Assembly: GCA_017421085.1 (NCBI GenBank)
Contig: JAFQMU010000187.1
Location: 1 to 38,419 of the forward strand
Length of the DNA: 38,419 nucleotides
Reading direction: 5' to 3'
DNA from: Desulfovibrionaceae bacterium
Lineage (GTDB): Bacteria > Desulfobacterota > Desulfovibrionia > Desulfovibrionales > Desulfovibrionaceae
Shown here piece after piece: positions 27,781 to 35,382 of the stretch. The first letter of the stretch is position 1, and every line of letters starts with the position of its first letter. Below the pieces are notes generated by a model. It saw only the letters and a list, made by a program, of their open reading frames with translations. It did not search any database and was not told the origin of the DNA. The translations under genes and the position numbers were made by a program.

Positions 27781-28212
27781 TTATCCTTTTATAAACTCAA
27801 CGCTGCCTTTGGGATAGAGGGTGCGCTGGGCGGAAATGGACATTTTCCCCGTGCGGGAATATGAGCATACGCCGCCTTCTTCAAACTCCACCTGCACGGG
27901 CAGGGCGGCGCCTTTGTCTTCAAAAACATGCACTACCTGACCGGGGCCGTGAATCAGGCATTCCACTGACTGACCAGTATAAAATGGCTGGTCGGCTCCG
28001 GGGCCGGGAGTGATTTTTACCAGTTTGCGGTCAAACAGGGTAGGTTTGGCTGAAGGCGAAACTCTTCCTTCAGCTGTATACATGCAGATACCGCCTTTTT
28101 CAAACTGCACATAAATGGGGACAATTTTGCCCTCTTTAATATCAAGCACTTTGCCGTTGCCGTGAACCAGGCACAGCACTTCCTGCCCTATATAAAATTT
28201 TCCCTCTGCCAT
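27781..28212 (-). CDS. Hypothetical protein composed of two tandem ~60-aa repeats
   Basis: AGGAGG SD before MAEGKF (28212). The repeats are FYIGQEVLCLVHGNGKV..VQFEKGGICMYTAEGRVSPSAKPTLF and FYTGQSVECLIHGPGQV..VEFEEGGVCSYSRTGKMSISAQRTLY. Confidence 0.6.
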   Translation of the reverse strand: MAEGKFYIGQEVLCLVHGNGKVLDIKEGKIVPIYVQFEKGGICMYTAEGRVSPSAKPTLFDRKLVKITPGPGADQPFYTGQSVECLIHGPGQVVHVFEDKGAALPVQVEFEEGGVCSYSRTGKMSISAQRTLYPKGSVEFIKG

Positions 28213-28406
28213 GACTTGCCTCCTGAAAAGTCGTGGTTTCATTTCTTTTGGTCTGGTTGACCTCCCCGATTTTTATTAAATTGGAGGGTATAAGTAAAGC
28301 GGATGTTCCGCTGTGCAGCGGATTTTATCGGGCTGAGCGTTGGGGGGAGGGCGCATCCCCTCCCCCGTCTTTAAGCAGGCGAAGCCATATTATTTTTAGA
28401 CAGGGT

Positions 28407-29303
28407 TTAAAGCTTCATTGCGCTTCGGATTTGTTCCACGTTGTTGCGGTGCACATTTTCATAAGGCTGCCAGTAGTGAATTATGCCCTGTTCAAAATAG
28501 TCGGCCAGAATTTCCTGTAAAGGCGGTACGGTTGCATCCGGCTCTTTTTTCAGTATTGCGCATACCGATTTAAGGTAATGGCTGACGGCATCGATAAATT
28601 CCGGCTGATAGCCGCCCTGTTCAATAATAAATGAACGCCCGTGATTAGGGTATATTTTTTTGATATCAAGGCGGCGCATCCAGTCCAGCTCTTCCAGGTG
28701 TTGAGGGATATGTTCCGGGCTGACAATGAATGTGGCTGAATCTTCGAGCATATCTCCGGGAAAGAGGAAGCCGTATTGGGGAATGAACAGGGTGAGCCCG
28801 TCATCACTGTGAATATGGAAGGGCAGCAGCTGCACTTCCAGTTCATTCAAAAAAATTGAGTTTGCGGCAGTGAGGGTGATATGGGGCAGCACAAGCGGGT
28901 TGATGGGCGGCTCACCCCACAAAGTGCCGGCTTCAATGCCCTCTTTGTGCAGGGACAGATACTCTCTGGTTTTGTGGGTTGCGATAATCGGGCAATCGGC
29001 AAAAGCGGCATTGCCCCCTACATGATCCAGATGCCAGTGGCTGAGGACTACATATATTTTTTTTATATTCAGCTCGGCTTCCAGATAATTTCGCACACTG
29101 AGCGCCTGCTCCGGGGTGCACAGGGTGTCGTAAAGCAGGGCGTCGTTGCCGCAATGCGCAACATAGCAGGCCACACCCAGGGCCTGGCAGGTTCCAAACA
29201 TCCAGTTGCTGCCCACGCCTACCGGCAGGGCGGCGTTTGCCGGTTCAAGGTCTCCCCAGAAGTAAAAAGCGGTGAGATGGCGGTTTAGTTTGTAAATTTG
29301 CAT
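28407..29303 (-). CDS. MBL-fold metallo-hydrolase
   Basis: AGGAG SD. HWHLDHVGG (HxHxDH) motif plus downstream His/Asp ligand positions. The start is 36 nt downstream of the ADH2 stop, so the two are probably co-transcribed. Confidence 0.9.
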   Translation of the reverse strand: MQIYKLNRHLTAFYFWGDLEPANAALPVGVGSNWMFGTCQALGVACYVAHCGNDALLYDTLCTPEQALSVRNYLEAELNIKKIYVVLSHWHLDHVGGNAAFADCPIIATHKTREYLSLHKEGIEAGTLWGEPPINPLVLPHITLTAANSIFLNELEVQLLPFHIHSDDGLTLFIPQYGFLFPGDMLEDSATFIVSPEHIPQHLEELDWMRRLDIKKIYPNHGRSFIIEQGGYQPEFIDAVSHYLKSVCAILKKEPDATVPPLQEILADYFEQGIIHYWQPYENVHRNNVEQIRSAMKL

Positions 29304-29339
29304 AACTGGCTCCTGTTGGGGGTTTTAGGTACGTGTAAT

Positions 29340-30557
29340 TTATTCTCCAAACCCCTGCCGGAACAGCGTTTCCATTTCCGCTGCCCCCAGTCGGCGGGGG
29401 TTGGTTTCTGTACAGGGGTCGAGCAGAGCCTTCTGCACAATATCGGGAAGCGCAGCCTCAAACGCCTCCCGGGAAACTCCAAACGCCTTCAGCCCCGGGG
29501 GAATGCCTGTGTTGCGGCCCAGAGCAGCCACCGCTTCGCATAACGCCTCCGCCAGGCGGGCGTCTTCTGGTAAAGGTGCGGTATTGCCGGGAGCGTTGAG
29601 GTCGATTTTACCCTTACAAAAATTTTCCTTTCCTTCCAGACCAAGACGGCGGGCCAGGCCGGCGTATTCGCGTGCGACTTCTTCCAGCTGTGAATTGCAG
29701 CGCAGCACATGAGGCAGAAAAATGGCATTGCCCAGGCCGTGCGGCAGCTGGAAGGTCAATGCTGACGCATGGGCCAGCGAGTGGGCAGCCCCCAGCATGG
29801 AGTTGGAAAAGGCCATTCCTGCCATGCACTGGGCATAGTGCATCTTTTCGCGCGCATCCGGATCTCCCGCGCAGGATGCCTTCAGATTTTGGATAATAAT
29901 GACAGCAGCCTCACGGGCCAGGGCGGAGCTGAAAGTATTGGCCGCTGTGGAAACCAGAGCCTCCAGGGCGTGGGTCAGCGCGTCCATACCGGTGGAGGCG
30001 GCAAGGCGGGCAGGCATGGCGCAGGCCAGATCGGGGTCGAGAATGGCGAGGTCAGGAATCAGGGCCTTGCTGTCCATGGCCAGCTTGTTTCGGCTGGCAT
30101 GGTGGGAAATTACTGCTGAGGTGGTGACCTCCGATGCTGTGCCTGAAGTGGACGGTATGGCCGCAAACCTGGCTCTGGAGCGCAGGGGCGGCACGCCGTT
30201 CAGTTCAACGGCCTGTTCAAACCCGAGGTTGGGGTGTTCATAAAACACCCACATGGCCTTGGCTGCATCGATGGCGGAACCGCCTCCCAGCCCTACTATC
30301 CAGTCAGGCTCAAATCTTTGCAGTTCTTCGGCCCCCCTCAGCACAGTTTCCAGCGATGGGTCAGGCTCTACCCCTTCCAGCAGCTTTACCTCCATGCCGG
30401 CCTGCTGCAACAGGCATTCCGCCCGTTCCAGGGCGCCCATGCTCCGCATGGATTTTCCGCCGGTAATAATTACCGCTCGTTTCCCTTCAAGGCGGGCAAG
30501 CTGCTCAAGCGACCCTTTACCGTAGAAGATATCTCTTGGAATGCTGAAATGATTCAT
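29340..30557 (-). CDS. Iron-containing (group III) alcohol dehydrogenase, paralog 2
   Basis: AAGGAG SD before MNHFSIP (30557). GGGSAIDAAKAMW plus the His metal site. It carries a ~20-aa insertion (EGKENFCKGKIDLNAPGNTAPLPED) relative to the paralog at 8466-9623. Confidence 0.9.
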   Translation of the reverse strand: MNHFSIPRDIFYGKGSLEQLARLEGKRAVIITGGKSMRSMGALERAECLLQQAGMEVKLLEGVEPDPSLETVLRGAEELQRFEPDWIVGLGGGSAIDAAKAMWVFYEHPNLGFEQAVELNGVPPLRSRARFAAIPSTSGTASEVTTSAVISHHASRNKLAMDSKALIPDLAILDPDLACAMPARLAASTGMDALTHALEALVSTAANTFSSALAREAAVIIIQNLKASCAGDPDAREKMHYAQCMAGMAFSNSMLGAAHSLAHASALTFQLPHGLGNAIFLPHVLRCNSQLEEVAREYAGLARRLGLEGKENFCKGKIDLNAPGNTAPLPEDARLAEALCEAVAALGRNTGIPPGLKAFGVSREAFEAALPDIVQKALLDPCTETNPRRLGAAEMETLFRQGFGE

Positions 30558-30676
30558 TCGCTTCTCCTTATGGCGGAGGCTGAGAATAAATTTCCTGAGA
30601 ATCATTTAGCAGATTTATTATCGGATGATAATAGCAAAAATGAAGTATTAACTTGGCAAACCGCTTGATTTTTTGA

Positions 30677-30705
30677 TTGACAAGCATTTTTGCCGAAGGT
30701 ATAAG
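30677..30705 (+). promoter_or_regulatory. Near-consensus sigma70 promoter heading the long hppA leader
   Basis: TTGACA-17 nt-TATAAG, about 440 nt upstream of the hppA ATG. Confidence 0.45.
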
Positions 30706-30891
30706 CCCCGTTTGAGGTTAAATGTTTCATCGGCATGAGGCGGCTTTTGCTGTTGCAGAGATAACAGCGAAAGCAGGTATGATTGACAGCAGAACCTGAT
30801 CGTCAGGCGGGCCAGGTTCATGTCTGCAGATATTGCCGAAAGGGGATTGGTTTTCCCTGTGGGTTGCCCGTTGTGTCGGGTGGAACGAATG

Positions 30892-30911
30892 CCCCGGAAA
30901 TCCGGGGTTTT
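30892..30911 (+). terminator. Candidate intrinsic terminator/attenuator inside the hppA leader
   Basis: ccccgg-aaat-ccgggg (6 GC pairs, tetraloop) followed by TTTT, about 200 nt downstream of the promoter and 235 nt before hppA. Confidence 0.45.
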
Positions 30912-31145
30912 ACAAGATTTTGTCCGGTGAAGGCAGCTTCTCCGGCTTTGTCTGCTTGATTGCATTCCGGCTTTGTGAAAAAAGGCGCGGCTGAAAGCTG
31001 TGCAGTGCGACAGCCCCGGCTCTGCGGGTGATTTGCCATCCATCGCAGATGCCCTGACAATGGTTCAACTTTCAATTCCGATTGCGCAGGGGTTGCGTGA
31101 TTGAGGGTTGAAAATATTTAGTTTTATTGAGTTAGGAGATACAAA

Positions 31146-33254
31146 ATGGGTTTTGACGTGAATCTTGCACTTTGGTTCTCCTTGATCTGCGCCGGCTTTG
31201 CCGTTATTTACGGCATTATTTCCAGCCGCTGGATCATGAGCCTGTCTGCGGGCACCGCCCGGATGCAGGAAATTGCCGGTGCCATTCAGCTCGGCGCCAA
31301 GGCTTACCTCAACCGTCAGTACACCACCATCGCCATTGTGGGCGTGCTGCTTGCTGTTGTGCTGGCTGCCCTGCTGGGCATTGAAACCGCCATCGGCTTT
31401 GTTGTGGGCGCTGTGCTTTCCGGCGTGGCCGGTTATGTGGGCATGAACGTATCCGTTCGCTCCAACGTGCGCACCGCTCAGGCCGCTACCGAAGGTCTGT
31501 CCAAAGCCCTTCAGGTGGCTTTCCGCGGCGGAGCCATCACCGGCATGCTGGTTGTGGGCCTCGGCCTGCTTGGCTGCGCCGGTTATTACGCTGTGCTCAA
31601 GTTCGGCCTCAAGGCCGATGCCCCCTTGCAGGAAATGGTGCATCCGCTCATCGGTCTCGGCTTCGGCGGTTCCCTTATCTCCATTTTTGCCCGTCTGGGC
31701 GGCGGTATCTTCACCAAGGGCGCTGACGTTGGCGCCGACCTGGTGGGTAAGGTGGAAGCCGGTATCCCCGAAGACGACCCGCGCAACCCCGCCGTTATCG
31801 CCGACAACGTGGGCGATAACGTGGGCGACTGCGCCGGTATGGCCGCCGACCTGTTTGAAACCTATGCGGTAACCATCATTGCCACCATGATTCTGGGCGC
31901 TCTTCTCTTCTCCGATTTCGGTGAAAGCGCTGTTGTTTATCCCCTGGCTCTGGGCGGTTTCTCCATTATCGCCTCCATTCTCGGCTGCTACTGCGTACGC
32001 GGCGGTCAGGAAGGCAAAATCATGAGCGCTCTTTACCGCGGCCTGATTGTGGCCGGCGCCATCGCTCTGATCGGTTTCTACCCCATTACCATGAAGATGA
32101 TTGACAACAACATGCTCAACAGCGTGCTCGGCATTGACGGCGGCGCCCATCTGCGCCTGTTCGCTTCCGCGGCTGTTGGTCTGGCTCTTACCGGCTTCAT
32201 GGTCTGGATTACCGAATATTATACCGGCACTCAGTATAAGCCGGTGCAGCGCATCGCCGCCGCTTCCGAAACCGGCCATGCCACCAACATTATTGCCGGC
32301 CTTGGTCTGTCCATGCGCTCCACCGCCATGCCTGTGCTGGCTGTGTGCGCCTCCATCTATGCTTCCTACAGCCTGGCCGGTCTTTACGGCATTGCCATTG
32401 CCGCCACCGCCATGCTGTCCATGACCGGTATTATCGTTGCCATTGACGCTTACGGCCCGATTACCGACAACGCAGGCGGCATTGCTGAAATGGCCGAAAT
32501 GGACGAGTCTGTGCGCGCCGTGACTGACCCGCTTGACGCTGTGGGCAACACCACCAAGGCCGTTACCAAGGGCTATGCCATCGGTTCCGCCGGTCTGGCC
32601 GCTCTGGTTCTGTTTGCCGACTACACCCATGCGCTTGAAGCCAGCAATCCCAGATTTGCCGATATGCTTGGTCTGTTTGACCTCTCCAGCCCGGCTGTTA
32701 TCATCGGTCTGTTTATCGGCGGGGCCATTCCTTATCTTTTCGGCTCCATGGCCATGGAAGCTGTGGGCCGGGCCGCCGGTTCGGTTGTGACCGAAGTGCG
32801 CCGTCAGTTCAAGGAAATTCCCGGCATTATGGAAGGTACTGCCAAGCCGGACTATACCCGTGCGGTTGACATGGTAACCCGCGCCGCCATTAAGGAAATG
32901 ATTACTCCCTCCCTGCTGCCGGTGCTGGTTCCGGTCGTGGTGGGCTTCGGCATGATGTTCTTGATGGGCGGAGATGCCGGCGTTCAGGCTCTGGGCGGTC
33001 TGCTCATGGGTACCATCATCACCGGTATCTTCGTGGCTATTTCCATGACCACCGGTGGGGGCGCCTGGGACAACGGTAAAAAGTATATCGAAGACGGCGC
33101 CTTCGGCGGCAAGGGCTCTGAAGCCCATAAGGCCGCTGTAACCGGCGACACTGTAGGCGACCCCTACAAGGATACCGCCGGCCCTGCCATCAACCCCCTG
33201 ATCAAGATCATCAACATTGTTGCTCTGTTGATCGTGCCCCTGCTGGTTGGTTAA
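31146..33254 (+). CDS. hppA: Membrane-bound pyrophosphate-energised pump, K+-independent type
   Basis: AGGAG SD. Full-length M-PPase motifs ([50 protein letters not shown]). [10 protein letters not shown] carries Lys/Thr at the positions that distinguish K+-independent enzymes. Confidence 0.97.
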   Translation: MGFDVNLALWFSLICAGFAVIYGIISSRWIMSLSAGTARMQEIAGAIQLGAKAYLNRQYTTIAIVGVLLAVVLAALLGIETAIGFVVGAVLSGVAGYVGMNVSVRSNVRTAQAATEGLSKALQVAFRGGAITGMLVVGLGLLGCAGYYAVLKFGLKADAPLQEMVHPLIGLGFGGSLISIFARLGGGIFTKGADVGADLVGKVEAGIPEDDPRNPAVIADNVGDNVGDCAGMAADLFETYAVTIIATMILGALLFSDFGESAVVYPLALGGFSIIASILGCYCVRGGQEGKIMSALYRGLIVAGAIALIGFYPITMKMIDNNMLNSVLGIDGGAHLRLFASAAVGLALTGFMVWITEYYTGTQYKPVQRIAAASETGHATNIIAGLGLSMRSTAMPVLAVCASIYASYSLAGLYGIAIAATAMLSMTGIIVAIDAYGPITDNAGGIAEMAEMDESVRAVTDPLDAVGNTTKAVTKGYAIGSAGLAALVLFADYTHALEASNPRFADMLGLFDLSSPAVIIGLFIGGAIPYLFGSMAMEAVGRAAGSVVTEVRRQFKEIPGIMEGTAKPDYTRAVDMVTRAAIKEMITPSLLPVLVPVVVGFGMMFLMGGDAGVQALGGLLMGTIITGIFVAISMTTGGGAWDNGKKYIEDGAFGGKGSEAHKAAVTGDTVGDPYKDTAGPAINPLIKIINIVALLIVPLLVG

Positions 33255-33278
33255 CGGCAACGGTAAAATCGGAATTGA

Positions 33279-33312
33279 AAGCGGCCTTCAAAATGAAGGC
33301 CGCTTTTTTTTG
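33279..33312 (+). terminator. Rho-independent terminator of hppA
   Basis: A 10-bp stem (agcggccttc/gaaggccgct) followed by T8. Confidence 0.8.
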
Positions 33313-33546
33313 AAAATCTCAGCTCTTTGAGCATAAGAGTGTGGAAACCGAAGTCCCCGCTGCAAGTATATTGCAAACGCCTGCTCGCGTTAGACACATT
33401 CCCGTATTGGATTTTTATTGCCGCTCATAACGAGGCAGGGGAACTTCGGTGGGCAGCTCACCCTTGTGGTTCCCTGTATAATTCAGACAGAGGTCAGGGC
33501 AAATTTTTGCGGATTGATATCTATGGGGTCTGTTTGGACTTTATCC

Positions 33547-33582
33547 AAAAACAGCGGCTCTGATGTAAAAGCCGCTGTTTTT
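33547..33582. terminator. Bidirectional terminator downstream of the HesB-like gene
   Basis: cagcggc/gccgctg stem flanked by A5 and T5, about 75 nt past the stop at 33656. Confidence 0.65.
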
Positions 33583-33655
33583 CTGTGGAATTTATTGTTC
33601 TATGCTTCTTAGGCGCGAGGCGGATAAAAATAACGCTGTGCAAACGCAGATTGAT

Positions 33656-33982
33656 TTATACCCCGCATGAACCGGCTGAAGGACAGCCGCTGCACCCGCC
33701 GGCGCTTTCCAGCTCCAGCGGAATTTCAGTCATTATGTCGAAGCCGAAGGGGCCCAGATCAATATTAATATTCCCGGTCAGTTCCAGCAGGTCTTTGGAA
33801 ACAATGAAGGTGAACCCGTCAACGTCAAAGCTCTGGTCATCGTCATCTGCCTCGTCCAGCGCCAAAGACAGGCGCATGCCGGAGCAGCTGTTGGCCAGAA
33901 ACACACGAATCGGCGACTTTTCTTCCTTATCTTCAAAGTATGCCTCCAGCTCTTCGCGGGCGTTTTGGCTTAATTCCAGCAT
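33656..33982 (-). CDS. HesB/IscA-like Fe-S cluster assembly/carrier protein (Cys form)
   Basis: AGGAG SD 6 nt before the ATG at 33982. ..IRVFLANSCSGMRLSLALDE.. is the IscA-type fold signature, and the C-terminal tail GGCSGCPSAGSCG is Cys-rich. Confidence 0.65.
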   Translation of the reverse strand: MLELSQNAREELEAYFEDKEEKSPIRVFLANSCSGMRLSLALDEADDDDQSFDVDGFTFIVSKDLLELTGNINIDLGPFGFDIMTEIPLELESAGGCSGCPSAGSCGV

Positions 33983-34016
33983 TAACAACTCCTTTTTTTC
34001 GGAAAAATATCGGCTT

Positions 34017-34045
34017 TAAATAAGTTCGCTCCCGTTGTTTGTCAA
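34017..34045 (-). promoter_or_regulatory. Candidate sigma70 promoter of the HesB-like gene
   Basis: The minus strand reads TTGACA-17 nt-TATTTA, about 35 nt upstream of the ATG. Confidence 0.45.
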
Positions 34046-34425
34046 TAAATTACGGTAAGATTCACGAGATTGGAGCTGTTTTTGCCTGAGCTGAAAGCAG
34101 GCAGATGATTTATCCTGAACAGTAAATTGTTTTGTATGTAGAGGCGGCCATGCAAATAGGCTCTGTTATATCCGTCTGAGCCCCGATTTTAGCCCGGTCA
34201 GTCGGTCTGCTCTGCAAAGTGCTTTACGTTTGGCGGTCAGTGGTGTATATAGAAAAAAGTAACCTTTGCTTTTATCAAGGGCGGGAAGCCGTAAGGGAAT
34301 GCTAATTTTGTAAAAAGTTTACGGATTCGCCTGTTCGGTCGTAATATAGGCTTGTCTTCCCGCAGCAATAAGGGAATTTTCTGTATAAAACGCCGGTGGC
34401 GTAATCTCAATTATCGGAGTTGTTC

Positions 34426-35034
34426 ATGAAAAAATTGTATCTCATGCTTTGTGCAGTTGCTTTTTCTCTGGTTGTGGTCGGCTGCAAGGATGAGTCTGCC
34501 AAGCCCGCAGTTTCCGTTGCAGTGGTGAATGCAGCTCAGGTTTACAGCGAGTGTGAAAGCGGAAAGCAGGCCAGAGAATATCTGGAAAAAATCGGTGCGG
34601 AAATGCGAGATGACCTGGTAGCCATGCAGGCCGAAATAGAAAAGCTTCCGGCCAATAAGCGCGAGGAGGCAGCGGAAGAGTTTCAGGCTACAGTAGTTGA
34701 CTATCAGCAGCGGCTGCGTATGGAAGAACAGCAGATTCTGAACAAACTTTCCGAAGATTATCAGAATGCTGTGGATGAATACCGCAAGGCCAACAATATT
34801 TCTCTGGTGGTGCGTTCGGAAGTGCTGGTTTCTTCAGCTGAAGATGCCGATATAACCCAGGCGATCATTGCAGTGATGAACAGGAAAACCGAAGAAGAAA
34901 ACAAGGCGGCGATGGCTGCTCAGAACGCCACAGCGGAAGGTGCGGCAAATGCCACTGCGGGCAATGCCACCGCGACCAATTCTACCGAAATAGTGGTTGT
35001 GGAAGAGGTATCAACCAATTCCACAGCTGAATAG
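34426..35034 (+). CDS. Skp/OmpH-like periplasmic chaperone lipoprotein with N-X-T-rich C-terminal tail
   Basis: GGAG SD 6 nt before the ATG at 34426. Lipobox LVVVGC. OmpH-like coiled-coil body (VAVVNAAQVYSECESGKQAREYLEK..). The tail is QNATAEGAANATAGNATATNST..STNSTAE. Confidence 0.65.
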   Translation: MKKLYLMLCAVAFSLVVVGCKDESAKPAVSVAVVNAAQVYSECESGKQAREYLEKIGAEMRDDLVAMQAEIEKLPANKREEAAEEFQATVVDYQQRLRMEEQQILNKLSEDYQNAVDEYRKANNISLVVRSEVLVSSAEDADITQAIIAVMNRKTEEENKAAMAAQNATAEGAANATAGNATATNSTEIVVVEEVSTNSTAE

Positions 35035-35085
35035 CAGCTGTAGTGTGAACAGGGAGCTTTTTCGCTCCGTCTGTATAGAAAAATA

Positions 35086-35126
35086 CCCCTGGCAAAGGAT
35101 GCCTTTTGCCGGGGGTTTTCTTTTTT
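35086..35126 (+). terminator. Rho-independent terminator of the Skp-like gene
   Basis: cccctggcaaagg/ccttttgccggggg stem followed by TTTTCTTTTTT. Confidence 0.75.
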
Positions 35127-35324
35127 GCATATCAAAACCAGCTGGAGTTTTTATTTTTAATGCCTTGATTGTCCGATTCGCTTCATTGCAGGCAACCTGA
35201 TTAGGCTTGAGCCCGCAGCTGCGTGAGTTAAGGGTGGCGCATGCTGCGCCGGTGTGATTTAATGGCGGGATTCAATAGTCAGAAAACGGAATATTCAGCC
35301 GGGTTTCTGTAAGAACATGAATGC

Positions 35325-35371
35325 GGCAGCTCCCCTGAAGGGCGTTTCAGCAAAGCTTCAGGGGAGCTGCC
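35325..35371 (-). terminator. Perfect 16-bp hairpin immediately downstream of lon
   Basis: ggcagctcccctgaag-15 nt-cttcaggggagctgcc, starting 12 nt after the lon stop. No U-tract, so it may be a terminator or a 3'-end stabiliser. Confidence 0.5.
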
Positions 35372-35382
35372 ATTATCTGCGG

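Noticed and set aside
30580-30602. An 8-nt direct repeat CTGAGAAT x2, 15 nt apart, in the ADH2 5' UTR.
   Set aside because: Local 8-mer repeats of this kind are expected many times by chance in this much sequence.
30654-30668. A sigma54-like TGGCAA-N5-TTGA element upstream of the hppA leader promoter.
   Set aside because: The -12 element reads TTGA, not TTGC, and no enhancer-binding-protein gene is nearby. Other TGGCA-containing candidates (38-52, 21973-21987, 38334-38347) fail the GG-N10-GC spacing or sequence.
30722-30799. A 25-codon ORF (MFHRHEAAFAVAEITAKAGMIDSRT) at the start of the hppA leader, possibly a leader peptide.
   Set aside because: The GAGG is only 4 nt from the ATG, there are no codon runs suggesting attenuation, and I cannot assess conservation. 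It is kept only as a possibility within the leader finding.
30941-30976. An 11-nt direct repeat TCCGGCTTTGT x2, 25 nt apart, in the hppA leader (possible regulator sites).
   Set aside because: My rough estimate is that about 0.5 such local 11-mer repeats are expected by chance in a 38-kb window. That is not significant on its own, so I note it only as context for the leader finding.
31065-33260. A 731-aa ORF on the minus strand spanning the whole of hppA.
   Set aside because: It is an exact antisense shadow of a strongly codon-biased, GC3-rich gene. The product is G/A/H/N-rich low complexity with no SD and no recognisable motif, while the plus-strand frame carries all M-PPase motifs.
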